The position numbers and the translations under genes are program-made. The notes under the pieces are model-generated. The model did not search any database, was not told where the DNA came from, and saw only the letters and a list, made by a program, of their open reading frames with translations. 64,000 nucleotides of DNA, from NCBI GenBank assembly GCA_904063045.1, contig CAJFCJ010000019.1, positions 3,292,684 to 3,356,683 of the forward strand. Direction: 5' to 3'. This document shows, piece by piece, positions 30,779 through 41,386 of this stretch (the first letter of the stretch is position 1; each line of letters begins with the position of its first letter). This DNA comes from Dimorphilus gyrociliatus (taxonomy: Eukaryota > Animalia > Annelida).

Positions 30779-31766
30779 ACTTTATTGTCTTCTTTGCCAT
30801 AACAACTTTGTTTTTTTTTGAAGAAAAGTAGAAATCTTTCTTTTACTAAACACAAGTATTTTTTTTTTAAATTCATTAGTTCATACTTTTTTTTAAAAAA
30901 AAAAATAAATAAAACTTTTCTCTCGTTTATCTAAATTAAAGCATTGTAAAAATAGAAATATTCTTTTAATCTTTTAAACTATAATAAACATAAAATTGTA
31001 ACAATAATTTCGTTAGGGTTTTTTATAACGTCTAAAATTTCAAAATGACCGAAACTTTCACACCCAACCCGATAATTTAACTCTTATCTATAATTCTTTT
31101 AATCAACAAATGAAAAGTTTACGGATGTAGCTTGAAAGCACGTTACCTCTAATGGAAAGAGGCGAAAACTACGTAATTAATTGATAAATAGTGCAAGTGT
31201 GTTGTAAGTGGAAAGTTGAGATGAACAAAGTCGATTGTTCTTGTAGCAGTTTTAATCACGTTAACTGTTTACGGGATAATTTATAAGACTAGCTGACTTT
31301 TGCGATTGTTGTTACGTGACCTAAATTGTATATATATCTCGAGTATATCAAATGCGTTGGTTCTAATTAATGGCAAGATATAGGATATCATACAGTTGCT
31401 CCTAGACTGTTATGCAATAATATAATTAGCACTTTCGTGATACTTTGTTTTATTTAAATTGTTTTTCACCCTCTAATTGTAACAGAGTATGTTTTAATAC
31501 TTAAGCTCTTCATACTCAATCTATAGATTAAAAATTTATCTGTTCTACTCGAAGAACAACCTAAAACAGATGTCAAACAGCCATCAACCGGCTATTTTTT
31601 AAAACTGTTAACAGATAATCCGGGGGTGTTATTTTTTGGCGAAAGTGAAATCTTTTTTACAAAATAAACGCATTTGGTGGAAATGTGCTGTACTTGTTCT
31701 AATTCTACGCATGTAAACAAGTAAAAAATATTAGCCTCTATAAAAATTTTAAATTTCGTCTGCTAA

Positions 31767-32249
31767 ATGGCAAAGGTCAAGGTAGGTATTTAATAGAGCT
31801 GATAAATATTTTTTAACTTTCTTGCTGTTTTATACAATAAATATCACTTTAAAAGTTATTTTGTTCAATTTAATAACAGGTAACAGTGTTATTTTTTGCA
31901 AAATCACGAGAATTAACAAATCAGAGAAAGGTAGAGCACTTTTTATCATCTCCGACCAATGATCATAAAGTAAAACAAGAGATAATATCGCTATATCCGT
32001 GGTTAGTTTAAATTTTTACAATATAAATCCTATAAAAATCTGTTTTTATTAATATTTTCTGTTTTAGAGTTATAATAGGCGAAAAATTCAAATTATAAAA
32101 TTAAATTGATAATATGTCCTCTTTTCAGCTTGGAACCTCTTTCAGAAAATTTAGTTTTGGCATTAAATCAGAATTATTTAGGTGAAGAAATTATTAATTT
32201 GTCTGAAAACGACGAAATTGCTGTTATACCTCCAATTAGTGGAGGATAA
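31767..32249 (+). CDS. MOCS2A: Molybdopterin synthase small subunit (MoaD-like, 85 aa); exons 31767-31781, 31880-32001, 32129-32249. Not in the ORF track
   Basis: MAKVKVTVLFFAKSRELT...LVLALNQNY...DEIAVIPPISGG* with C-terminal Gly-Gly; phases join. Confidence 0.94.
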
Positions 32250-32254
32250 GAATT

Positions 32255-32839
32255 ATGGACTATTGTACATTAACAAAAGATAAAATATTTTTGGAGGAGC
32301 TGGTAGAGCAAGTTTCGGATGCGCGTTGTGGTGGAATAGCATCTTTTTTTGGAACAACTCGTGATAATTTCCAGGGTAAAAAAGTCGAGAGTTTGGAATA
32401 TGAGGCGCATGAGGAAATGGCAATTAAGGAAATGTTTAAATTATGTAAAGAAATAAGAGAGAAATGGACAGATGTTTGTAAAATTGCAATCGTCCATCGT
32501 TTAGGGTTTGTATAAGGAAATATATAAATTGCTAATAGTTTGTTATAATAAAATACCTATCACAGATTAGTAGAAGTCAAAGAAGCAAGTATAGCAATAG
32601 TAATATCCTCACCCCATAGAAAAGATTGTTTGGAAGCTGTTCAATTTGCCATTGACAAACTAAAAGCAACAATTCCTATATGGAAAAAAGTAATTATAAA
32701 CTACCTACATCCTGCATTTGTAACTTACGTCTCTACCTTTAAAGAATCACTAATGCCTATTTTATGTTTGCAGGAAAGATATTCTAATGGTGAAAGTAGT
32801 TGGAAAGAGAATGCTGAATGTAGTTGGAAAACGAAGTGA
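32255..32839 (+). CDS. MOCS2B: Molybdopterin synthase catalytic subunit (MoaE-like), 3 exons
   Basis: [60 protein letters not shown]. Confidence 0.96.
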
Positions 32840-33111
32840 ATAGCATATCGGAAGTTATATTCATGTCTTCTTTTGCTAATACTTGTTAAAAAATACATAT
32901 AACTTGGAAGTTAATTCATCGGTGTATCTCTTTTCTTCATTGTAATACTAGGAAGCAAAAATTTAACCTTAATATCTCTAATAACTTCTTTATTTTGTAA
33001 TGAAAATAGGCGAGAATCCTGCATGAACAACGTTTACTGCCTTTAATAATTGTTTACAATGATAAAATAGTTTCAAAAAAACAAAATTCTGAGTAATCTT
33101 GATAAGAAAGA

Positions 33112-34779
33112 TCAAGATTGGTCTATGCTATGCTCTTTATCCTTTCTTCGTTTCTGCTTTTCCTTATTCTTTTCAATTCTTTCTTGTCTGTCATTTTGAT
33201 AGTCTCTTATAAATTCTGATTGAGTCACAAGTTGCACAGGTTGAAAATAATCAGGAATAGTGACTTTTAAAATTTCAGTTATCATGAAAGGCTTCAACCA
33301 GCCAACTAGAGGCGTCGTGCCAAAAGTATATAACGCTTCCTTATGGTAAAAGAGTAATCCATCAAAAAAATGAGATTCTTCCCTAGTGGTAGATACCATT
33401 AATTTTTCAATACTTTCCTTTGAACAATCACATCGATTGGCATTTACAAATCTGAACTGTAAGAAAAAGTTTTTAAAATTAACAATTTCGCCTTTTATCA
33501 ACAACTTATCAAACATATTCACTAAATTTATATATACTAATATCTAATAAAGCGAGTTCACTTCCTATTTGCTGTATCTTGGATTATTTCTTCAAACATA
33601 ACTGGAATATTTGAAAATAACCATGAGTATTAACTTGTTGATTATAATAAATGATCAGCGATCAATTACGGATACCGTTATTCATAATATCTCGCATAAA
33701 TTCTATTTCATCTTTGGCCAATATAATCGAACAGGTGCCTGCACTTGAACTACGTGAAAAGTATGCACGATATTTACTAACTGAGTTGTTGTAAGTTTAT
33801 TTTAGCTTTGCGGATCATACGATCAAATCTTGGCCGCGAGACTGTAAGTTAGAAATTAATTGTGCCACGCATATGACGACTATTATTTTATTAAATTCGA
33901 CATCATACCTTATTGTATTTTGACATGGTATTTAAATTTCCCCCTTCCTCTTCGTATTTCGTTTTCAACCAATAAAATCTAAACTCCGTCTACAAAAATG
34001 TAAACAATCTCTTAATTGAATTTGTTTTTTTTTATATTACTTCTTATGAAAATAACTTACCTCTGAATCGTATATTGGATGCGAAGACCAGCACATTAAA
34101 TCCAAAATGAAGAATGTTCTAAGTGCCTCATTAAATATGCAATCGAGCACAGTCTCTGTTTTACCAAAATGAACAGAAGATTGTCTTACATTTCCTCCCG
34201 GTAACTCTGATGGAAAATCGCCCAGAATTTTTCTACCACTCTTTGAGAAAACTTTTGTTTTCCCTTTTGCAGCAACAACTAGGACTCTTTTACCAGTTGG
34301 ACAAGCCACCATTATAAAATTATCTTGGAAGTTCTCCGGTACATCTATTAACCACTCTGAAAGCATTAGCTGATTTTTATAGAATCTACCGGGTTTGTAT
34401 TCATCATCTTCACTTTCTTCTGTTGTGTCCATACCATCCCATGACCCTTCTACAAGGCATCTCAAATTATTAAGTGTGTCAGCCCTTTTTCTGAAAAACA
34501 AAACAAATATATATAGGCTGATTAATGGACAAGTTGTTAAAAAAATAAAAATACATTAAATCCACAAGCAATATATAAATAATTGAGTTACTTTCTCTGA
34601 ATTTCAAGAGCCTTCTTCCTTCGAGACTCTTGATCGGAACGGGATGGTTTTGATTTATATAAATTCTGAAAGGTTGGATGAGGAGCATAAATGCTATTTT
34701 TTATTTGATTAACTTCGAATTTTTCATTTAAATCATCCAAGAGAGAATCAATTCCTAAATCTTTTTTGGTGGTTGCCAT
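33112..34779 (-). CDS. SNUPN: Snurportin-1 (m3G-cap snRNP import adaptor), multi-exon
   Basis: PHPTFQNLYKSK..DQESRRKKALEIQR (IBB-like), YKNQLMLSEWLIDVP, CPTGKR, SELPGG, DLMCW, DGLLFYHKE..YTFGTTPLVGWLKPFM. Confidence 0.95.
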
Positions 34780-34997
34780 CGCTTGATTTTCCAGCTATCG
34801 GGCGAAAATTAATAAAAAACGACGGGAAATCGGTGTTATTGAGTAATCTTTCGGCTATCATTTGTTTAGTTCCGGGCGAAGGCCGAATGGCATTCGAAGT
34901 ATTCTGTCAGACTTTGCGATGTCCCAATATTTCATGTTCATCTGAAATACATAAAGTTAAAGTTTATTCTAAATTATAGATATATAAATAAAATACG

Positions 34998-35769
34998 ATG
35001 TATCAACCTTTAACCGATCACTTTGAGTTGGAGAATTTATGTCTCCCGCAAAAGATTATGTTCATTTCTTCATATGAAGCTGACTACTCCTTTATCGTCT
35101 ATCATTGTCTTGCCGATTACTTGAAAAAGGATAGAAATGTATGTATTTTATCTTTTGGCGAAAATTCTCTGACCTATAAATTAATTGGAGAGCGTCTGGG
35201 ACTATCATTTCGGAATAGAGAAAAGGATGGTCAAATATGTTTCATTAACGTGATGGATATGCTTTCTAAGAATCAACAATTAAAAGAATTATCATTGGAA
35301 GTGACTAATGTATGTAATAACTTTACAAGGCCAGGGAATATACTGTTGGTAATAGATCACCTATCATCTCTACTTCCAATTGGCTACGATATACATGATA
35401 TTCGAATGTTTGTCTACACTTTGAAAGCTTTAGTAAAAAAAGTTGATAATATTTCACTTCTAGTTTGTTGCAATGAAGGAATAAGCCAAGGCAATGAAAG
35501 TAAATTAATAGCTCATTGTCAGCACGTTAGCGATTCGATTGTTACAGTATCTAGCTTGTCAAGTGGTTATTGTAAAGATGTACATGGACAGGTGACATTA
35601 ATAAAATTTAAACTAAGCCAACGTTTACATATATATTTTGTTTTAGATTGAGCTACAAGAGAAGGAATATGATGGATCTCAAAAGCGATCAAAGACAATG
35701 CAGTTTAAAATAGTAAATGACAAAGTAATAAATCTATTTGCATCCGGAACAAGCTTTGCCATTTTGTAA
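34998..35769 (+). CDS. ELP6: Elongator subunit 6; exons 34998-35591, 35647-35769
   Basis: RecA-like pattern: SFIVYH, YKLIGERLGL, LLVIDHLS, LSSGYCKDVHGQ, QFKIVNDK..LFASG. Confidence 0.85.
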
Positions 35770-35833
35770 AATATTATAAAAAATAAAACAAACGTAAATA
35801 TTACTATTCAAATATTTCTGAAATCTGTTTAAT

Positions 35834-36043
35834 ATGGAAACGCAATATGCAAAGGATAATTTATATCCTGCTCTTGCTTATGCTTTAACCGAGATCCTTC
35901 AAATAAAGCCGCAAAATCCGATCGAATATTTAGCACATCTTCTTAAGCACTTTCAAGATAAACGTAAAGATGACGACGACGTGACGATTTCGTCAAAAAA
36001 GAAGAGCACTCGTGCTGGAATCAACAATTGCAAAAATACTTAA
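35834..36043 (+). CDS. 69-aa Dpy-30-motif protein (DYDC-like)
   Basis: METQYAKDNLYPALAYALTEILQIKPQNPIEYLAHLL fits the Dpy-30 / RIIa-like dimerisation motif. Confidence 0.7.
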   Translation: METQYAKDNLYPALAYALTEILQIKPQNPIEYLAHLLKHFQDKRKDDDDVTISSKKKSTRAGINNCKNT

Positions 36044-36461
36044 TGTCAAATGTGAAAGGAGAACCTCAAGCATTAATGAATACAATATTTTTTTTAACAT
36101 ATTGTCCTAGAATTACGAATCTAGGATGTAAAGCATCTTAAAAATTAGGCGGATTTTTTTATTAGTGTCATAATTGTCCAAGTAGTTTGTAGAAGTTGTC
36201 AGTGAAACAAAAAGCATCTCATGCGTTTCGTATTTATTTGAGAGACAAATACATTTTTAATTGATAAATAAGTAAACAGGACAACGCATCATTGAATATA
36301 CTTATTTCTAGTAACTTATAAAAACTAGTACACGATTTTAAGATAGCTAGCTATAGTACCACCATCTACTGGACTAGTATTTTTGAGTGGTACTGTTTCC
36401 GGTGTATACTAAATCTTGTTTTGACAATTATTTGTATGAAATTACTTATTCTACCAAATAA

Positions 36462-37510
36462 ATGACGCTTGAAAATACTATTAAAAATGTCTTTAAAGCA
36501 GAAACGGTAAAATCTATTGGGTATGCAGGTGGGGGATGTATAAGTGCCGCTTCAAGCTTTGTTTTAAATTCCAATACTCACATATTCGTTAAAACGAACT
36601 CAAAGAAAGGCTCAGATATCATGTTCGAAGGTGAATTTGCTGGACTTGATGCAATATATCAAACAGGAAAAATTCTTGTCCCAAAGCCTTTAAAGGTAAC
36701 TAATGTCTATTTTATAAGCAATAGAAGACTTTAAAACGATTAACTTTAATTACATTTTTAAAATATCTGAAGGCGTTTTCTTATGGAAAAACGTATTGTC
36801 TCGCTATGGAACACAAAGAAATCGGTAGCCTTGAGAATGGAACTTTACTTGGAGAACAGTTAGCTGATCTCCATCTCGATAATATTAATTTAATAAGAAA
36901 CAAGCAGAAAAATTCATTCGTTGGTAGTGAGAATTCTGATCGCGAGCCTGAGACTAGATTTGGATTTCCAGTCAGAACTTCGTGTGGTTTTATTCCTCAG
37001 AATAATCAGTTCACTAAGACATGGGAAGAATTCTTTGCTAGAAAAATTGATGATCAACTAGCTATAATAGAAAGAGAATACCATGATATGAAACCGAGAC
37101 AGCTATGGAATCAATTTCTGCCAAAAATTTCATCATATTTCGAAGGTTAAATCATTGTATTAAATGTGTTGTATATATGTAATATTTCCCTTTTATTCTT
37201 AGGACAGGAAATATTACCATCTCTGCTTCATGGGGACCTATGGGGAGGAAATGCCGGCGAATGTTCTAGTGGTCCGATTGTTTTCGACCCGGCTGCTTTC
37301 TACGGACATCATGAATATGATTTAGCGATAGCCACCATGTTCGGAGGTTTTCCTTCTTCGGTTTTTAAAGCCTATCACAAAAAAATTCCAAAGGAGAGAG
37401 GCTTTGAAAATAGACAACAACTTTATCAATTATTTCATTACTTGAACCATTGGAGTCATTTCGGAGGAGGGTATAAATCCTCCTGTATGAGCATATTAAA
37501 AAGTTTATGA
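36462..37510 (+). CDS. FN3K: Fructosamine/ketosamine-3-kinase, 3 exons
   Basis: [79 protein letters not shown]3K versus FN3KRP not separable. Confidence 0.95.
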
Positions 37511-37569
37511 CATAAATTATATCTCTTATTTATTAGTAATTGTTTATTATTTCTATGAACAGTCGTTCT

Positions 37570-39880
37570 ATAGTTCTCTTCTTAGAACATTTAAAATATT
37601 TTCCTGGCAATACCGATCCCTTTCTTTCTCGCTAAAACTGGTAATAGTCATCATATCTTTAGGATTTAGCTGAACAGAAAAATAGCTTATTAGTATCTAC
37701 AGCTAAGCAAAAAAAATAGAATTCATTGTCACTTACAATCAAAACATCGAAACCAAATCGATTAAGAATTCCTATTTCTAGATTATGAAGACCTAAAATA
37801 GTTGATGAATTGCGTAGATACTGATTCCAACCAAATACTTTTATTACTATCATACGGCTTAAATATAATTTTGATTAAAAAAGAAGAGAAAAAGAATTGA
37901 ATTAACTAACTTTGAATTCGGTTCTTTATGGTAACTTCGATGAAAACAATTAGTGATAGATTTATTTGAATTAGACTGAAAGCTTTCCAATTCCTCTATC
38001 ACACTTTTACGTTTTGTACTAGAAGCAAGCTTTCTATTATCAATTTCCCTAGCGACATCAAATGGATTGATAAGTCTTGGGGAACTTTTCAAATTTATAT
38101 TGATTCCAGATCGTGTGTTTGCTGGATTATATAAAATGGGAACAAAATTCTTCTTTCTATCCATTGAAATCATAATATCTGTACAAATTAATTTTTCGTG
38201 ATGATTTTTATTTGATGACGTAAATTTTTCTTACCCGCTATCTTGGTAGATTGTAAGATATGTTCACATTTTACGTAATTTGAGCCTCCCAACAAACGGT
38301 GCAAAGAACACCAAATCGAAGCCAGCCCTTGACGTCTCTCCAATTCAACGCATAGATTTGGAGCTTCCCTTACAGCAGATTTAGAAAACCATTCCTAAAA
38401 TAATTACATTTCGAGTATACCTGAAAATAATTGTTCGAAATCTTACATTTTTTATCAAAAATCCTTTATATTCCGATCCTAAAGATTTACAGAAGTCATT
38501 TAAAATCATGTATTGATGATTCATCTGAAGAAACCGGTCTGAAAAATGAAAATATTAATATAATATATAAAATATAAGCTTTAAATAGTTAAAACAAACT
38601 TTGTACAGTAATTTCTTGACATTGCTTTAATGAGTCATTTAACAATTTAGAATGTACAACATTATTCATACATAAAGAAAGAACACCATCCACAAAAGCC
38701 TCTGGGAACATCTGCCTATTGTGTTTATTCGTTAAAATGTCTATTAAGCTATTCAGCAAATTATGTTGAATTGGCTGCAATAATTACATATCGTTCAGAC
38801 TTTAATACTATGTCAGTTAGATAAATAATTAAAATATCTTACATGCTGCAGAGAACTCGCCGACCAGACAATTTTTATCAAGTCTTTTGTTCTAAGACTA
38901 TCTTTCTTATTTCTGAGCAGGTAGACAATTCTATTTAGAATCTTATCAAAAAGTTTCTCATGAATTATTCTCGCAGAAGCAAATGTATGAACAATATGAG
39001 TCAAGTTATAAGCAGTTTCATTAATAAATGAGCTTGAAACTAAGTTATCGCCTAATTTTCCAAAATATGCAGTAGAATTATATCCAGCGTGTCTTAAAGT
39101 TTTAAGAATATTTGCAATGTGTTGGGCGTCTATCTTATGAAAATCATGTAATAATTTTTTCGATACACAATCGATTGTCTTATAGCTTCTGAATGACGTA
39201 TTTGTAACAAAAAAGGTGTGACAGATGACTCCAACTTCATTTCCTGTTAACAGCTCAATGTTTTGGCACGTAAATTTTTCAAAATGTGCCATTACACTAA
39301 TTGGAATAGATCTATAATTTGAAATATAAAAGATTAGTGATATAACATCTTTTGTTTTAAGATTGAGGTTATTCCATTCATTATCCAAGTATGTGCACAA
39401 GCTTCGAAAGAATTTTAGATTATTTGTCTGGGACAGATAAAGAGCATCAGCAATATCAACTAAATCCTTTATTGCTATTTTCGGAATACGTCTAATGCAT
39501 TCGATTTCTATAACTCTATGTTGGCTATCAGACTTTTTAGAAGTATCTTCGAGTAAAATTAGCTTACATAATTCTTGATTGGATAGCTGACGTATTTCTT
39601 CACCGATTTTATTAGATTCGAGAACATTTTTTAGCTTAGGATGACATTTTTCTTCAAGAAACAAATCAAATGGAATTGATGGTTGTATTACGCTTCGGAG
39701 CTTGTCTGAAACATTTCGGGGAATGTTAAAATTCTGATTTAATTTTCCTTTATATTCCTTTGTTTTTGTATAGGTTGATTTTCTCTTTTCGGAAAGTTGT
39801 ATGGAAGCATAAGATGCTCCCAAGCGCCAAAAATTACAAAAAGTCTTAGATCTTTCTTTAAGCACAAGAAAGGTCAACAT
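37570..39880 (-). CDS. FASTKD5: FAST kinase domain protein with RAP domain (FASTKD5-like), multi-exon; 3' end approximate
   Basis: NEVGVICHTFF, HIANILKTLRH, RTKDLIKIVWS, FPEAFVDGVLSL; RAP-like ILGLHNLEIGILNRFGFDVL; basic N-terminus compatible with mitochondrial targeting. Confidence 0.72.
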
Positions 39881-40199
39881 CTATTATCGCTCAGATTTCA
39901 GTTAAACTAGAGAAGGTAAAGATATTTTATAACACTGACATTTACTAATAAAAATACAAAACTTTTATTGCAGAAATATTTTTTTAGGCACAATGCTGTT
40001 AATTACTTTTAACTAAACAATAGAGAAAAAAAACAACTAATATCAGCGGTTTATCAACTTCAGAGTTCCTGGCGCGCTTGCAGCTAAAAGTAAACTGGTA
40101 AATGAAGAGTACTTGCTTGTGATTGGACAATTTAGCGGCTTTTTTCTGTAGCCATTTTTATTTTTGCTTCAATACTTAACTTGGTCTTTAATTACGATA

Positions 40200-41041
40200 A
40201 TGCAGGACATAACAGCAATCAAAAGTAAGAAAGTTTATGTAATATGAATATATGTATCATTTATAATAGAATAGATTTTTTTCGTAATTCTTGATGAAAG
40301 TAATAAAATCAAATCTGTCAAAAAAATACCTACTGCTTGGCACTCTACTAAAAGTGATTTCTTACTCAGGTCGGGACAGTATGAAATTAAAACGAATGAT
40401 TCTGGATCAGAGCACAAGGAAAAAACGTATTCATCACTACTTGGAAAATTTAGAAAAGGACAACTATCAAACTGATCCGCATGCTGATCTGAAAGTAAAC
40501 AAGAAAGCTCCTAAATTCGATGATAATACTGATGGTAAATTGTTCTCAACTGTTTTAAAAACACTTATCATTGAAATTGATAATTTAGCCCCAAAGCAAA
40601 GAAAAAAGAAAAAATTTCATCAAAGATATCGAAAAGACGTTCAGTACTTATTAGAAGATGAGGTAACTCTTCGATTTGATTAAATTGATGACTGATATGC
40701 AATTACCCATAGCAATTTCGTATGAAAGATATCAGACCTAATTACTTCACTGCTAGTTCACCAATGTCAAGGAAGAAGCGACGAACTCTTTGTGCAGTTT
40801 GTGGATATCCTTTTTTTTTAAATTAAAATCTTTAATATCAGTCAAGATATGCAATGATCGACATGTTTCCTTAACGAAGCTTACATTTCTAGCGACATAT
40901 ACCTGCGTTATATGCGGTGTAAAATTTTGCAGTATAAAGTGTCAAGAGACGCATAAAGAGACAAGGTTTGCAATAGACTTAACTAAAAGAATACAATTAC
41001 AAATAATGTGATTTTGTAGATGCCTAAAATGGAGCTCGTAA
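40200..41041 (+). CDS. ZNHIT1: Zinc finger HIT protein 1 (SWC6/Vps71, SRCAP complex); exons 40200-40224, 40370-~40534, ~40588-40661, ~40714-40804, 40885-~40965, 41020-41041
   Basis: ILDQSTRKKRIHHYLENLEKDNYQTDPH, LLEDE, CAVCGFLATYTCVICGVKFCSIKCQETHKETRCLKW. Confidence 0.95.
40805..40884 (+). other. U12-type (minor spliceosome) AT-AC intron, 80 nt
   Basis: 5' ATATCCTTT, branch TTTCCTTAAC at 40866-40875, AC at 40883-40884; removal restores the HIT finger frame and Cys spacing. Confidence 0.93.
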
Positions 41042-41386
41042 AAGGAAGTTTCTGAAATATCCGCACTTAAAGACCAAGTAGCTCTGGAAAATGCTACTGC
41101 TCAATGTGAATCGTTACGTGCGAACTTTGGTTTTTCGTACTGAATTTGGAACTTGAGAAACAAATATTTAATGCAAAATGGTTTAGAGAAAACTTTATTG
41201 TGTTTCCAGAGAGTTTACATTTAGATAAACTGTATAATATTTTAATTGAACATTTTTGTATTCGACATATTACAGATGAATGAAAAGTAAATACTCTTTC
41301 CATAAAATGGAAACACCAACAACTTACATCAATTTGACAAAATACTTTTTCTTTTTCACTGATAGAAAATTAGCCTTCGTAACAAT

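Noticed and set aside
40291-40369. TTG-started N-terminal extension of ZNHIT1 in the ORF track
   Set aside because: Better explained as intron 1; exon 40200-40224 joins in phase at 40370.
40893-40900. Use of the ttctAG (40891-40892) as the ZNHIT1 acceptor
   Set aside because: No GT/GC donor upstream in matching phase; the AT-AC reading restores exact finger spacing.
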